Source of the DNA: Gammaproteobacteria bacterium RIFCSPHIGHO2_12_FULL_41_20
GTDB lineage: Bacteria > Pseudomonadota > Gammaproteobacteria > DSM-16500
Assembly: GCA_001801575.1 (NCBI GenBank)
Contig: MGYC01000019.1
Coordinates: forward strand, 40,619 to 104,618
Reading direction: 5' to 3'
Length of the DNA stretch: 64,000 nucleotides
The translations under genes were made by a program, and so were the position numbers. The notes below the pieces were generated by a model. The model saw only the letters and a list, made by a program, of their open reading frames with translations. It did not search any database and was not told where the DNA came from. This document shows, in pieces, positions 10,922-22,375 of this stretch. Position 1 is the stretch's first letter, and every line of letters begins with the position of its first letter.

Positions 10922-11006
10922 GCAGGGTTATCCTTGATTATATTGTGCGTTTATTTAGGCTAATAGTAACGTAATTTTTTTTGTATACAAGGGGTAGAGA
11001 AGTATA

Positions 11007-11516
11007 TCAGTAGCATTGTTGTGCTTGAGATTGCAGAGCAATGAAGAAGTAAGTTTCATTAGCAAGTTTATCCCATGGAATATTATCGCCATCACAACGA
11101 TATATCATATCCGTATCGGCAGGACTAATAGTAAGAAAATGATAAGCTAAATGTTTCCTAAACAATGTTCCTTTTATGTGCCCTTTAATCGCATTGGTAA
11201 TTTTATTAAAGATAGTAAGAATATTTGCATTGGTGCTTGCTAGTGCATGCGTTTCTTCAACAAAGGCATTGGCTCTATCCATTCCTTCGTGGCTATGAGC
11301 ATCAAAGAGATTTAGTACGCTGAAGGTGCTTCTTTCTTGATTGATGTCATATGTTTCCTTGACATAACTATCATAAGCGCGCGTTACCATGTTATCAAAA
11401 TCAGTAACAGAGAGGCTTTTTGCATCCTTTTTTGCTGTGCGAAGATTAAATTTACCGTCTATTTTCTTTTGAAAAAGCTGTACGGCATCTGGCTCACTAT
11501 TTAATCGGGGGTGCAT
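11007..11516 (-). CDS. hypothetical protein (169 aa)
   Basis: Single long ORF filling the putA-clpB gap. No motif recognised; weak SD. Confidence 0.45.
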   Translation of the reverse strand: MHPRLNSEPDAVQLFQKKIDGKFNLRTAKKDAKSLSVTDFDNMVTRAYDSYVKETYDINQERSTFSVLNLFDAHSHEGMDRANAFVEETHALASTNANILTIFNKITNAIKGHIKGTLFRKHLAYHFLTISPADTDMIYRCDGDNIPWDKLANETYFFIALQSQAQQCY

Positions 11517-11563
11517 ATTATTTTTACCATGACCAATGGAATGACTATATTTTATCCTAACAT

Positions 11564-11591
11564 CTTGATCTTTGCAATTTCGTCACTATGT
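11564..11591 (+). promoter_or_regulatory. possible sigma-32 (heat-shock) promoter of clpB
   Basis: CTTGAT-N14-CACTATGT resembles CTTGAA-N13-15-CCCCATNT. About 45 nt upstream of the clpB ATG. Confidence 0.3.
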
Positions 11592-11636
11592 TAAAGATAG
11601 ATAGCTAAAAATTATATATTTCTCGAGGACCTCCTA

Positions 11637-14219
11637 ATGCGTATGGATAAACTAACTAGCCGATTTCAAGCAGCACTGGCAGATGCACAATCATTAGCTT
11701 TAGGTCGTGATAATGCCGTCATTGAGCCTGTGCATGTGATGAAAGCGATGTTACAAGAAGAAGGTGGGGTTACGTCAATATTAAGCAAAGCCAATGTCAA
11801 TATAGCAGGATTACGTAGCGCATTAGATGAAGAAATTGATCGCTTACCGCAAGTGGAAGGTACTAGTGGCGAGATTCATGTGTCTAATGAGTTGAGTCGT
11901 ATTTTAAATGTAACCGATAAATTAGCGCAAAAACGCAAAGATGAATATATCTCGAGTGAATTGTTTTTGTTAGCAGCCGTCGAAGATTCAGGTACGTTAG
12001 GGAATTTATTACGTAAGACTGGCGCTACAAAATCCCATATTGAAAAAGCTGTGAATGAAGAACGCGGCGGCCAACGTGTGCAAGATGCAGGAGCGGAAGA
12101 ACATCGACGTGCTTTAGAAAAATATACGATTGATCTCACTGAGCGAGCAGAGCAAGGTAAGTTAGACCCAGTGATTGGTCGCGATGATGAAATTCGCCGT
12201 ACCATTCAAGTATTGCTACGACGCACAAAAAATAATCCTGTGCTCATTGGCGAGCCCGGGGTGGGAAAAACTGCGATTGTTGAAGGTTTGGCACAACGGA
12301 TTATTGATGGTGAAGTACCAGATGGGTTAAAGGATAAGAAATTGCTGTCATTGGATTTAGGCGCATTAATTGCCGGTGCTAAATTTCGCGGAGAGTTTGA
12401 AGAACGTTTAAAAGCCGTATTAAATGAATTAGCTAAGCAAGAAGGGCAAATCATTTTATTCATAGATGAGTTACATAATGTAGTCGGGGCGGGTAAAGCT
12501 GAAGGGTCTATGGATGCAGGCAATATGTTAAAACCAGCGCTAGCTCGCGGTGAGTTACATTGTGTGGGTGCGACTACACTGGATGAATACCGTAAATATA
12601 TTGAAAAAGATGCGGCATTAGAACGGCGCTTTCAACGTGTGTTAGTGGATGAGCCGACTGTGCCTGATACCATTGCCATTTTACGCGGCTTAAAAGAACG
12701 TTATGAATTACATCACGGTGTTGAAATTGCAGATTCTGCGCTAGTTGCAGCGGCAACATTGTCGCATCGTTATATTACAGACCGACAACTACCGGATAAA
12801 GCCATTGATTTAATCGATGAAGCAGGCAGTAATATTCGCATGGAAATGGAATCTAAGCCTGAGGCATTAGATAAACTAGATCGTCGCTTGGTGCAATTGA
12901 AGATTGAACGGGAAGCACTAAAAAAAGAAACCGATGAAGCATCGAAAAAGCGCTTAGAAAAATTAGAAGAAGAATTAGCCAAACTGGAAAAAGAATATAA
13001 AGGCTTAGAAAGAATTTGGCAGAAAGAAAAAGCTACGGTGCAAAGTGCACAAACATTAAAAAGTGATTTGGAAAAAGCGCGGCTGGATTTTGAAGCGGCA
13101 CGACGTTCTACGGATTTGGCGCGCATGGCAGAGTTGCAATATGGACGTATTCCAGATTTAGAGAAAAAACTGCAGGAAGCATTACAGAAAGAGCGTCAAG
13201 AAACCAAGCTCGTGCATAGCAAGGTGACAGAAGAAGAAGTTGCAGAAGTGGTTTCCAAGTGGACGCATATTCCCGTGTCGAAAATGTTAGAAGGAGAAAA
13301 AGAAAAATTACTACATATGGAAGATGCATTGCATAAACGCTTAATTGGCCAAAGCCAAGCGGTGACTGCCGTAGCGAATGCCATACGTCGCTCGCGTGCT
13401 GGATTAGCTGATCCGAATCGGCCCATTGGTTCTTTTCTATTTTTAGGACCGACTGGTGTGGGTAAAACCGAGTTATGTAAAACCTTAGCAGAATTTTTAT
13501 TTGATACTGAAGATGCCATGGTACGCATCGATATGTCTGAGTTTATGGAAAAACATGCAGTGGCACGTTTAGTCGGTGCGCCCCCGGGATATGTTGGGTA
13601 TGAAGAGGGTGGATATTTGACAGAATTAGTGCGCCGTAAACCATATTCGGTAATTTTATTAGATGAAATAGAAAAAGCGCATCACGATGTGTTTAATATT
13701 TTGTTGCAAGTATTGGATGATGGGCGCCTGACAGATAGTCACGGTCGCACAGTGGACTTTCGTAATACCGTGGTAGTGATGACATCAAACTTGGGATCAG
13801 ATTTGATTCAAGATATTTCGCAGCACGGTGATTATTTTGCAATGAAGCATGCGGTGCTAGGTGTGGTAGCTAAGCATTTTCGTCCCGAGTTTATTAATCG
13901 TATTGATGAAACGGTGGTATTTCATCCATTGGATAAAGAGCAAATTAAAGCAGTAGCAGGTATCCAAATTAATCGCGTTAAATCACGGTTAGCGGAAAAG
14001 GATTATCACTTACTAGTTAACAAGGAGTCGTTGGATTATTTGGCGAGCGCGGGTTATGATCCTGTCTATGGCGCTAGACCATTAAAGCGCGCTATTCAAC
14101 AGTACTTAGAGAATCCATTGGCACAGGAAATCCTATCAGGAAAGTTTGTGCCTGGTGAAACGGTTCAGGTTAGTTTAGAGAAAAATCATTTTGTTTTTTC
14201 TAAAGCAACAAAAGGATAA
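11637..14219 (+). CDS. clpB: ATP-dependent chaperone/disaggregase ClpB
   Basis: 860 aa. N-domain [23 protein letters not shown], two AAA+ modules ([16 protein letters not shown]), long middle coiled coil. Confidence 0.97.
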   Translation: MRMDKLTSRFQAALADAQSLALGRDNAVIEPVHVMKAMLQEEGGVTSILSKANVNIAGLRSALDEEIDRLPQVEGTSGEIHVSNELSRILNVTDKLAQKRKDEYISSELFLLAAVEDSGTLGNLLRKTGATKSHIEKAVNEERGGQRVQDAGAEEHRRALEKYTIDLTERAEQGKLDPVIGRDDEIRRTIQVLLRRTKNNPVLIGEPGVGKTAIVEGLAQRIIDGEVPDGLKDKKLLSLDLGALIAGAKFRGEFEERLKAVLNELAKQEGQIILFIDELHNVVGAGKAEGSMDAGNMLKPALARGELHCVGATTLDEYRKYIEKDAALERRFQRVLVDEPTVPDTIAILRGLKERYELHHGVEIADSALVAAATLSHRYITDRQLPDKAIDLIDEAGSNIRMEMESKPEALDKLDRRLVQLKIEREALKKETDEASKKRLEKLEEELAKLEKEYKGLERIWQKEKATVQSAQTLKSDLEKARLDFEAARRSTDLARMAELQYGRIPDLEKKLQEALQKERQETKLVHSKVTEEEVAEVVSKWTHIPVSKMLEGEKEKLLHMEDALHKRLIGQSQAVTAVANAIRRSRAGLADPNRPIGSFLFLGPTGVGKTELCKTLAEFLFDTEDAMVRIDMSEFMEKHAVARLVGAPPGYVGYEEGGYLTELVRRKPYSVILLDEIEKAHHDVFNILLQVLDDGRLTDSHGRTVDFRNTVVVMTSNLGSDLIQDISQHGDYFAMKHAVLGVVAKHFRPEFINRIDETVVFHPLDKEQIKAVAGIQINRVKSRLAEKDYHLLVNKESLDYLASAGYDPVYGARPLKRAIQQYLENPLAQEILSGKFVPGETVQVSLEKNHFVFSKATKG

Positions 14220-14224
14220 CAGAC

Positions 14225-14656
14225 ATGTACAAACATATTTTATTTGCTACAGATTTAACCGATGATACCGAGTATTTGGTTGCAAAAGTACGCAAGCTTT
14301 GTGCGTTAATGCATGGAAAATTGAGCATTGTACACGTGGTTGAGCCCTTGCCAGGCTATAGCTATGCCTATTTGGGGATAGAAGACATTGAAGGGCAATT
14401 GATTGCGGAAGCACGTCAATCGCTAACTAAGTTGGCAGATACATTACAAGTGAAAAAAGATGATCAATGGGTAGAAGTAGGTCCGACTAAAACAAAAATA
14501 TTAAAGATCGCAGAAGATATTGGCGCAGACTTAATTGTATGTGGCAGCCACGGGCGGCATGGCTTGTCACTCTTGCTAGGCTCAACAGCCAATGCCATTT
14601 TGCATGGCGCTAAATGCGATGTATTGGTAGTGCGTTTACCCGAGGAAACAGCATAA
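14225..14656 (+). CDS. universal stress protein (UspA family)
   Basis: 143 aa. MYKHILFATDL.., C-terminal ATP-binding-type motif VCGSHGRHGLSLLLGSTAN. Confidence 0.8.
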   Translation: MYKHILFATDLTDDTEYLVAKVRKLCALMHGKLSIVHVVEPLPGYSYAYLGIEDIEGQLIAEARQSLTKLADTLQVKKDDQWVEVGPTKTKILKIAEDIGADLIVCGSHGRHGLSLLLGSTANAILHGAKCDVLVVRLPEETA

Positions 14657-14714
14657 TATACCTTATATATGGTCTATAATAGATATAATTTAGACAATTA
14701 TTTAAGGGGTGGGT

Positions 14715-16064
14715 ATGTTCAGCGCCGAGCATGATCAAATGGCAACTATCCTTGACGAAATAAATAAAAAAATCAAACTATTACAGAGCGATTTTGATTG
14801 GCTTATCGCAGAAAAAAGAGCCAATAGACCGGATACTTCAGCAGAGGCAGAGCAACGTGCTGGGAAGATCGACGCCAAGCTGCAGGAAAATGCTGCTTTG
14901 TTATTTCTATGGCGGCAACTTGATATATTAGCTAAGCATATTCAGGTTACGTCCTCTAAAGATCAAGCCGGGCAGCTTGTGAATATGCGTGCTTACATTG
15001 ACATACTAGAGCAACACATTGTTTATGCGCCACTGGTTTGTAGAGATATGATAAGTTTGGCAGAGGAGATGCGGCAGCATCAATCTCAGCTATCATCGCC
15101 ATCATCCGCGCCTTCATTACCTGTTATTACCCCGGCAGAGTTGAGTTCATCAGTGAACGTCGATAGGGAAAGTTTTTATCTATATAAGACATTGACACAG
15201 TTACGTCGTCTTGCTACAGGGGAAGTGGTTTTGGAGGGAGGAACTTTAGATTTGCTGGATAAGAACATAACGAGGGTAGAGAAGGAGCTTGCTGATCTTA
15301 AGGAACAGCAGAGGCAAGTGAGAGAGCAATTGCAAGTAAAGGAACGCGTGGGTTTATTGCATAAGCACGATGAGCGTTATCCGTCACAGTTAAAGGCGAA
15401 ACAACAAGAGTTAGAGGCAGTGGCAGCGAAGATTGCTGAACGCCAAGCCACCCTGTTTATTCTGCAACAATTTCGAATACTGAAAGAGTATGCGCAAAGT
15501 TGTCGTGTAGGGCAATTTAACCAATATGTAAATATAAATCAGCAGCTGAAAACTCTTGCAGAAGCAATGAAAACCCGTGAAACATTGGATGATTCGGATC
15601 ATATTAAGTTTATTTGTCGTCAGTTGCGAGAGGCGTGGCAAGAGGTAGGCAGGGCATTACAGCGAGAGCCCCAGCAAATCCCATTGGCGGAAAGTGAGGC
15701 GATGATTTCTATGTTAGGTCGGTTACACTGTATTGCACAGATGCCAGTGGAGCGACAGCAAGTATTACCTCCTATAATAAAAGCACGGCCAGCAGCAGCA
15801 CCTATCGATGGGCGGAGATCTCAGTTGACGCCATTACCATCAGTGGTACCGTTGTCAAAAGTTGGGCATGCAAAGAAGAAACACCCGCGCGAATTATCAC
15901 CTATGCCAGTGCGACCGGCGGTAGTAGTAGAGCCTCCTGAGCAGCAACCGCAATCACATCATCAAGGGGGGTTCCTAGGCAGAAGAAGGAAGCCTCATCA
16001 TTTACCTCCGCTACAAGCGGAGCAGCAAAAGAACCGACAACAACGCAAGCCTGGACGTAGTTAG
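14715..16064 (+). CDS. hypothetical coiled-coil protein with Pro-rich, strongly basic C-terminal tail
   Basis: ATG at 14715 follows AAGGGG (the track starts at GTG 14709). Long heptad-rich sequence with an internal duplicated module. Tail ..PMPVRPAVVVEPPEQQPQSHHQGGFLGRRRKPHHLPP... Confidence 0.6.
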   Translation: MFSAEHDQMATILDEINKKIKLLQSDFDWLIAEKRANRPDTSAEAEQRAGKIDAKLQENAALLFLWRQLDILAKHIQVTSSKDQAGQLVNMRAYIDILEQHIVYAPLVCRDMISLAEEMRQHQSQLSSPSSAPSLPVITPAELSSSVNVDRESFYLYKTLTQLRRLATGEVVLEGGTLDLLDKNITRVEKELADLKEQQRQVREQLQVKERVGLLHKHDERYPSQLKAKQQELEAVAAKIAERQATLFILQQFRILKEYAQSCRVGQFNQYVNINQQLKTLAEAMKTRETLDDSDHIKFICRQLREAWQEVGRALQREPQQIPLAESEAMISMLGRLHCIAQMPVERQQVLPPIIKARPAAAPIDGRRSQLTPLPSVVPLSKVGHAKKKHPRELSPMPVRPAVVVEPPEQQPQSHHQGGFLGRRRKPHHLPPLQAEQQKNRQQRKPGRS

Positions 16065-16065
16065 G

Positions 16066-16101
16066 GTGGATTTTACGACGCCCAAAACGCGTAAAATCCA
16101 C
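16066..16101. terminator. hairpin between convergent genes (coiled-coil ORF and sodB)
   Basis: GTGGATTTTACG (16066-16077) pairs with CGTAAAATCCAC (16090-16101): 12-bp stem, 12-nt loop. No clear U-tract. Confidence 0.4.
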
Positions 16102-16147
16102 TGCTTATGGCAGAGAATTACAGGAAAGTGTTTATTGTAAGCAGGCT

Positions 16148-16720
16148 CTAAATTTGCGTGGCCACGAAGTCCCAGTTGACTAATTTCCAAAAATTCTCTA
16201 CGTACGTTGGTCTAGCATTGCGGTAGTCGATATAATAGGCATGTTCCCATACATCACAAGTGAGTAGTGCTTTTTTCCCTTCTTTCATCGGTGTGCCTGC
16301 ATTGCTGAGATTGAGAATTTCCAGGCTACCTTCATTGTTTTTCACTAACCAAGCCCAACCTGAGCCAAATAAACTAACGGCAGACTGGCTAAATTTCTTT
16401 TTAAACTCGTCGATGGATCCAAAAGTTTTTACTAGGCTATCTGCCAATTTTCCGCTGGGTTCGGTGCTGTGTGGCGTGAGGCAATGCCAATAAAACGTAT
16501 GGTTCCAGATTTGCGCAGCATTATTAAACATACCGCCACTAGATTTCATGATGGTGTCTTCTAGTGATAAATTAGCAAATTCTGTGTCTTTGATAAGGTT
16601 ATTTAAATTGTTTACATAAGCCTGATGATGCTTGCCATAGTGGTATTCTAAAGTTTCTTTAGAAAGGGTAGGTTGCAGAGCATCCATGGCATAGGGTAGT
16701 TTCGGTAGTTGATGAGTCAT
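16148..16720 (-). CDS. sodB: iron superoxide dismutase
   Basis: [32 protein letters not shown]. The second in-frame ATG (16720) is preceded by AAGGAG, so the track start 16744 is probably too long. Confidence 0.95.
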   Translation of the reverse strand: MTHQLPKLPYAMDALQPTLSKETLEYHYGKHHQAYVNNLNNLIKDTEFANLSLEDTIMKSSGGMFNNAAQIWNHTFYWHCLTPHSTEPSGKLADSLVKTFGSIDEFKKKFSQSAVSLFGSGWAWLVKNNEGSLEILNLSNAGTPMKEGKKALLTCDVWEHAYYIDYRNARPTYVENFWKLVNWDFVATQI

Positions 16721-16749
16721 TGTTATTTTCTCCTTAAAGGGCATTATTA

Positions 16750-17523
16750 CTAAATTATTACTTCCTCTGCGCGTTTTGTTAATATTTCATAGCCAGTATC
16801 AGTGACTAAAATGGTATGTTCCCATTGCGCAGAAAGACTATGATCTTTTGTGACAACTGTCCAGTTATCCGGTAATAGTTTCACATGCCGTTTGCCAGCG
16901 TTGATCATCGGCTCAATGGTAAAAATCATACCAGGCACTAAGACTTCGCCAGTGCCAGCTTGGCCATAGTGTAAAACATTAGGTGCTTCATGAAAGACCT
17001 TGCCAATGCCGTGACCGCAATATTCTCTTACGACGGAAAAATGCTGGCTTTCGGCGTGTTGCTGAATAGCTGCGCCAATATCACCTAGATGTGCGCCGGG
17101 TTTAACGTGTTTTATACCAAGATACAAGCATTCTTGAGTAATGCGGATTAGCCGTTCAGCAAGGATAGAGGGTTTGCCAATAACAAACATTTTACTTGTG
17201 TCACCATGATAGCCTTCCTTTAACACGGTTACATCAATATTAATGATATCGCCACTTTTTAATTTACGTACACCTGGAATGCCATGACATACCTGATGGT
17301 TAACGGAAGTACAAATAGACTTAGGAAACCCATGATAATTTAAGGGTGCAGGAATAGCTTTTTGAATATTAACAATATAATTATGGCATAATTGATTGAG
17401 TGCATCCGTCGTAACACCTTCCTTTACATGTGGTGTAATCATGTCAAGGACCTCAGCGGCTAAACGGCCGGCAAAGCGCATTTTTTCGATTTCTGCTGAG
17501 GTTTTTATAGATATATCAGTCAT
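16750..17523 (-). CDS. map: type I methionine aminopeptidase
   Basis: 257 aa. Metal ligands in [28 protein letters not shown]. Confidence 0.95.
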   Translation of the reverse strand: MTDISIKTSAEIEKMRFAGRLAAEVLDMITPHVKEGVTTDALNQLCHNYIVNIQKAIPAPLNYHGFPKSICTSVNHQVCHGIPGVRKLKSGDIINIDVTVLKEGYHGDTSKMFVIGKPSILAERLIRITQECLYLGIKHVKPGAHLGDIGAAIQQHAESQHFSVVREYCGHGIGKVFHEAPNVLHYGQAGTGEVLVPGMIFTIEPMINAGKRHVKLLPDNWTVVTKDHSLSAQWEHTILVTDTGYEILTKRAEEVII

Positions 17524-17712
17524 AAGAACATAGCACTTGTTAGGGATATTGTTGCTTCTAGGGGTTCTATGGTATAAAGGCCTGCTTTAATTAGCAAGTA
17601 TAGATAAAACATCGCACACGTATCGCAACCAGTTACTGGGTGCTTTTTTCTGTGAAGATTAAAGTAGGTAATTGGGGTACGTGGAGGCTTAACCCAATAA
17701 AGAGGAAATGTT

Positions 17713-18531
17713 ATGACAGCAACAGTAAACGCAAGCAATATCACCATGCGTGATATGCTCAAGGCGGGGGCGCATTTCGGCCATCAAACCCGTTATTGGA
17801 ATCCGAAGATGGCTTCTTATATTTATGGTTCTCGCAATAAGATTCATATTATTAACCTGGAAAAAACCTTGCCTTTATTCAAAGATGCCTTGAACTTTGT
17901 AGGTGGCATCGCTACTAAGCGCGGCAAAGTATTATTTGTAGGTACGAAATATGCAGCGCAGGAAATTGTATGTCGAGAAGCAGAGCGTTGCCAAATGCCT
18001 TATGTGAATCATCGTTGGTTAGGTGGTATGTTAACTAATTACAAGACTATTCGTCAGTCTATTCGTCGTTTAAAAGAATTAGAAATGATGTTTGAAAAAC
18101 ACAGTTTTGGACGTTTAACCAAGAAGGAAATCTTGGGCTTAACAAGAGAGAAAAACAAGCTAATGAATAGCTTAGGTGGTATTAAAAACATGGGTGGCTT
18201 ACCCGATGCTTTATTTGTGATTGATGTTGGTCATGAGCATATCGCTGTATGTGAAGCGCGTCGTTTAGGTATCCCAGTTATTGGTGTTGTCGATACCAAT
18301 AATGATCCGGATGATATTACTTATGTTGTTCCCGGTAATGATGACTCTAGTCGTACCATCAATCTTTTCACTCGATGCATTGCAGATGCCATTGTTGAAG
18401 CGCGTATGGCCCAAGGAGTGGGACTGGAAGAAGCAGCAGGCGAATTTGTTGAGGTTGATGAAGAATCTAAGCCTTCTCTACCAGAAGAAGACTTGCCTGG
18501 CGAAGCCACGGGTAGTAGTGAGGAGCAATAA
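17713..18531 (+). CDS. rpsB: 30S ribosomal protein S2
   Basis: [22 protein letters not shown]; acidic C-terminal extension. Confidence 0.97.
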   Translation: MTATVNASNITMRDMLKAGAHFGHQTRYWNPKMASYIYGSRNKIHIINLEKTLPLFKDALNFVGGIATKRGKVLFVGTKYAAQEIVCREAERCQMPYVNHRWLGGMLTNYKTIRQSIRRLKELEMMFEKHSFGRLTKKEILGLTREKNKLMNSLGGIKNMGGLPDALFVIDVGHEHIAVCEARRLGIPVIGVVDTNNDPDDITYVVPGNDDSSRTINLFTRCIADAIVEARMAQGVGLEEAAGEFVEVDEESKPSLPEEDLPGEATGSSEEQ

Positions 18532-18534
18532 CCC

Positions 18535-19410
18535 ATGATTACAGCGGCACAAGTAAAAGAATTACGTGAGCGAACCGGCGCCGGCATGATGGAGTGCAAA
18601 AAGGCGCTGGCAGACAGCGATGGTAATATGGAGCGTGCTATCGAAGTATTACGCAAGTCTGGCAGAGCGAAAGCAGATAAACGCGCAGGTCGCGTGGCGG
18701 CGGAGGGTGTGGTTATTGCACAAGTAAGTGCAGATGGTACACAAGTCATCCTGGTTGAAGTGAATAGTGAAACTGACTTTGTGGCGCGTGATGTACATTT
18801 TCTTGAGTTTGCTCGGCAAGTAGCCCACGCTGCTTTAGCTGCAGGTGTGCATGATGTGAATAAGTTAGCCGCATTGCCAGCTTCCACAGGGCAGACGTTG
18901 GAAGAGGTTCGCCAAGGGTTAGTAGCTAAAGTAGGTGAAAATATACAAGTACGACGTCTTGCTTATATTCAGTCGCCACATACGGTGGGCATGTATGTAC
19001 ATGGTGACCGCATTGGTGTGATAGTAGAGTTAGAAGGGGGGAGTAAAGACTTAGCAAAAGATATTGCTATGCATGTTGCTGCAAGTAAGCCGCTGGTGGT
19101 TACACCTGAGGCAGTTTCGGCTGAGTTGATACAAAAAGAAAAGGAAATTTATTTGGCACAAGCAGCTAGTAGTGGGAAGCCACCGGAAATCGTAGAAAAA
19201 ATGGTGCAAGGTCGCTTGAAAAAATACTTAGATGAGGTAAGTTTAGTGGGGCAGCCTTTTGTTAAGGATCCGAATATCACCGTGGGTGCCTTATTAAATA
19301 AGCACCGTGCTAAGGTGATGACATTTACGCGCTTTGAAGCGGGTGAAGGTATAGAAAAAGTAACAGAAGATTTTGCTGAAGCAGTGATGTCCCAAGTACA
19401 GGGGGGGTAA
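18535..19410 (+). CDS. tsf: translation elongation factor Ts
   Basis: ITAAQVKELRERTGAGMMECKKAL N-terminal UBA-like motif; follows rpsB. Confidence 0.97.
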   Translation: MITAAQVKELRERTGAGMMECKKALADSDGNMERAIEVLRKSGRAKADKRAGRVAAEGVVIAQVSADGTQVILVEVNSETDFVARDVHFLEFARQVAHAALAAGVHDVNKLAALPASTGQTLEEVRQGLVAKVGENIQVRRLAYIQSPHTVGMYVHGDRIGVIVELEGGSKDLAKDIAMHVAASKPLVVTPEAVSAELIQKEKEIYLAQAASSGKPPEIVEKMVQGRLKKYLDEVSLVGQPFVKDPNITVGALLNKHRAKVMTFTRFEAGEGIEKVTEDFAEAVMSQVQGG

Positions 19411-19413
19411 TAT

Positions 19414-20154
19414 ATGGAAAAGCCTTCTTCGTCTCAACCAATTTATAAGCGTATTTTATTGAAGCTGAGTGGTGAAGCATTACAGGGCGATCATTTATTT
19501 GGGATTGATGCTAGTAAGTTATCGAAAATTAGCCAAGAAATTATTAACGTTGCCAAACTAGGCATACAAGTGGCTATTGTCATCGGTGGCGGAAACTTAG
19601 TGCGTGGTGCAGATTTGTGTGCTACGGGGTTAGATCGTGTCTCTGCCGATCAAATGGGTATGTTGGCTACCGTGATTAATGGATTAGCATTGCGGGATGC
19701 ACTAGAGAGAAAAGGCATGGCTGTAGCATTGCTGTCAGCGTTAGGTGTACCTGGTGTTGCTCATACTTATGACCGTGCGCTTGCCCAAGATTATTTGCAA
19801 CAGGGTAAGCTAGTTGTGTTTGTGGCAGGGACAGGTAACCCTTTAGTAACCACAGACTCAGCAGCAGCCTTACGGGGCATTGAGATAGGTGCAGATGTAA
19901 TTCTAAAGGCAACCAAGGTTGACGGTGTTTTTACTGATGATCCTATAAAAAATCCTAAAGCAGAGCGATATTTACGCCTTACTTATAATGAGGTTCTAGA
20001 GAAGCGCCTCGGGGTGATGGACTTAACGGCAATTTTATTATGCCAAGATCACGGCTTGCCATTGCGCGTTTTTAATATGAATAAACAGGGAGCGTTACAA
20101 CGTATCATGTTGGGAGAACAGATAGGAACCTTTATTGAGGGGGAGGTAAAGTAA
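19414..20154 (+). CDS. pyrH: UMP kinase
   Basis: [23 protein letters not shown]; conserved position. Confidence 0.95.
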   Translation: MEKPSSSQPIYKRILLKLSGEALQGDHLFGIDASKLSKISQEIINVAKLGIQVAIVIGGGNLVRGADLCATGLDRVSADQMGMLATVINGLALRDALERKGMAVALLSALGVPGVAHTYDRALAQDYLQQGKLVVFVAGTGNPLVTTDSAAALRGIEIGADVILKATKVDGVFTDDPIKNPKAERYLRLTYNEVLEKRLGVMDLTAILLCQDHGLPLRVFNMNKQGALQRIMLGEQIGTFIEGEVK

Positions 20155-20708
20155 TGCACTCTGTTATTCGGACTATGGATGAGCGCATGCGTAAAAGTAT
20201 AGACTCTTTTAAGTTGGAGATTGCTAAGTTACGTACTGGGCGTGCTCATCCCAGTATTTTAGACCATGTGCGCATCGATTATTATGGGACAGAGACCCCC
20301 TTGTCGCAAGTAGCGAATATCACTGTCAGTGATGCGCGTACGTTAGTGATTTCCCCTTGGGAAAAGCGTACGGTGCCATTGATTGAAAAAGCCATATTAA
20401 ATTCTGATTTAGGGTTAAATCCAGCTACTAGTGGCGAGGTGATACGTGTGCCTATGCCGGCATTGACAGAAGACCGTCGTCGAGAGTTAATTAAAGTAGT
20501 ACGTAATGAAGCAGAGGCTGCGCGAGTGGGTATTCGTAATGTACGTCGGGATGCGAATGCGGCACTGAAAGAATTACTTAAGCAGAAAAGTATTACGGAG
20601 GATGAGGAGCGGCGTTTAACTGAGAATGTACAAAAGCAAACAGATAAATGTATTCAGGAAGTAGAGCAACTTCTTACAGCAAAAGAAGCAGACCTATTAG
20701 CAGTGTAA
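20154..20708 (+). CDS. frr: ribosome recycling factor
   Basis: 184 aa. [28 protein letters not shown]. Confidence 0.95.
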   Translation: MHSVIRTMDERMRKSIDSFKLEIAKLRTGRAHPSILDHVRIDYYGTETPLSQVANITVSDARTLVISPWEKRTVPLIEKAILNSDLGLNPATSGEVIRVPMPALTEDRRRELIKVVRNEAEAARVGIRNVRRDANAALKELLKQKSITEDEERRLTENVQKQTDKCIQEVEQLLTAKEADLLAV

Positions 20709-20727
20709 TAGCGTTGCCTGATGAGAA

Positions 20728-20765
20728 TGTCATTGCGAGGTTGCCCTGGCAACCTCGCAATGACA
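20728..20765. repeat. 38-bp perfect palindrome (mini hairpin element) downstream of frr
   Basis: TGTCATTGCGAGGTTGCC-CT-GGCAACCTCGCAATGACA. No U-tract, so terminator function is uncertain. Confidence 0.8.
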
Positions 20766-20805
20766 GCTTTACGATGTGTAATAGTTAACATAAAAATGGA
20801 TTGAT

Positions 20806-21540
20806 ATGACGAATTATTCTCTTCCGCGCCATATTGCTATCATCATGGATGGTAATGGTCGCTGGGCTAAAAAACGATTTTTGCCAAGAACATTGGGCCA
20901 TCAAGCTGGTGTTGAGGCAGTGAGACGAGTAATAAGACGCAGTGTCGAAAGAAAAATTGAAGTATTGTCTTTGTTTGCATTTAGCAGTGAGAATTGGCGC
21001 CGTCCCCCAACCGAAGTGAATTTTTTATTTGAATTATTTCTTTCTGCGCTGAAACGTGAAACCGTCAAGTTACATGAACAAAATGTACGATTACGGGTTA
21101 TTGGTGAAGTTTCTCGGTTTGATGATAAGTTGCGTCAGCATATTCTGGATGCGCAAGCTATGACGGCAAAAAATACCGGAATGACATTAGTGATAGCTGC
21201 CAATTATGGTGGTCAGTGGGATATCTGTGAGGCGATAAAAAAATTAGCTGTGGACATTGAGCAGCAGCGTTTAGCGAGCCATGATATCACTCCTGAGCGG
21301 ATTGCTGCACACTTAGCATTTGCTGATTTACCGAATCCAGACTTATTTATTCGTACCAGCGGTGAGCAGCGCATCAGTAATTTTATGCTGTGGCAAATGG
21401 CTTATACAGAATTATATTTTACTGATGTGTTATGGCCAGACTTTAATGCGGAAGAGTTGGATAAAGCGATAGATTTTTTTGTTGGCCGTGAACGGCGTTT
21501 TGGCTATATCAGCGAACAGTTACAAGTTTCTCATGCTTAA
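20806..21540 (+). CDS. uppS: undecaprenyl diphosphate synthase
   Basis: HIAIIMDGNGRWA, AFSSENWRRP, RTSGEQRISNFMLWQ. Confidence 0.95.
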   Translation: MTNYSLPRHIAIIMDGNGRWAKKRFLPRTLGHQAGVEAVRRVIRRSVERKIEVLSLFAFSSENWRRPPTEVNFLFELFLSALKRETVKLHEQNVRLRVIGEVSRFDDKLRQHILDAQAMTAKNTGMTLVIAANYGGQWDICEAIKKLAVDIEQQRLASHDITPERIAAHLAFADLPNPDLFIRTSGEQRISNFMLWQMAYTELYFTDVLWPDFNAEELDKAIDFFVGRERRFGYISEQLQVSHA

Positions 21541-22342
21541 ATATCGTATTATTACCGCGGGTATTTTAATTCCCCTGGTAATTGGGTTGATATTTTTTAC
21601 GTCTCCTCTAATTTTTTGTGTGATCACTGGATTAGTTACCTTGTGGGCAATGTGGGAATGGTCCACGTTGGCGCAACTTAATAAAAAGGTGCAACGGTTT
21701 TATTATCTTATTTTTTCTTATTTATTAATGACAGTTATTTTTGTGACATTTGTACCTACTTTCTTAATGGTTATTTTTCTCTGGTGGGTTATCGCTATAG
21801 GGTTAGTGGTAGCGTATCCCAGATTTAGTCATTGGTGGGGCAGAGGGTTATTCTGGCGTGCTATTATGGGTTGGTTGGTAGTGATTCCTTGTTGGGTAAC
21901 GATAAACTTTATCCGCCATGTGCCGCATGGGCCTTGGATGCTATGTTACCTTTTTGTGCTGATATGGGGCGCAGATATGGGCGCTTACTTTGTGGGTAAA
22001 TGGATAGGTAAGCATAAGTTGATGCCGCAAGTAAGCCCAGGGAAAACATGGGAGGGTGTAGCCGGAGCATTGATTTGTGGCGTGATTATTACACTTATTA
22101 CTTTATTGTGGTTGGATTTGCCTTATGCAATATGGCCATGGGCAATGGGGTTGACTTTAATCACAGTGATTTTTGCTGTTTTTGGTGATTTATTTGAAAG
22201 TATGCTGAAGCGCCGGGCTAATTTAAAAGACTCAGGAACATTATTACCAGGGCATGGGGGAATACTAGACAGGATTGATAGTTTAACCGCCGCCGCCCCT
22301 GTTTTTGCTTTAGGTACGATGTTATTAGGGTATATAATATAA
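21533..22342 (+). CDS. cdsA: phosphatidate cytidylyltransferase
   Basis: Polytopic; signature SMLKRRANLKDSGTLLPGHGGILDRIDS. The ATG at 21533 overlaps the uppS stop (ATGCTTAA); the track start 21479 lies inside uppS. Confidence 0.9.
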   Translation: MLKYRIITAGILIPLVIGLIFFTSPLIFCVITGLVTLWAMWEWSTLAQLNKKVQRFYYLIFSYLLMTVIFVTFVPTFLMVIFLWWVIAIGLVVAYPRFSHWWGRGLFWRAIMGWLVVIPCWVTINFIRHVPHGPWMLCYLFVLIWGADMGAYFVGKWIGKHKLMPQVSPGKTWEGVAGALICGVIITLITLLWLDLPYAIWPWAMGLTLITVIFAVFGDLFESMLKRRANLKDSGTLLPGHGGILDRIDSLTAAAPVFALGTMLLGYII

Positions 22343-22375
22343 AAAAAAGCTTTCAATAGGGTTGCTGATATGGCC

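Noticed and set aside
11876-13528. Series of 60-118-aa minus-strand ORFs inside clpB
   Set aside because: They are fully embedded antisense to a highly conserved gene, with low-complexity translations.
18321-18887. 188-aa minus-strand ORF across the rpsB/tsf junction
   Set aside because: It is antisense to two ribosome-associated genes, with an Ala/Ser/Arg-rich shadow-frame composition.
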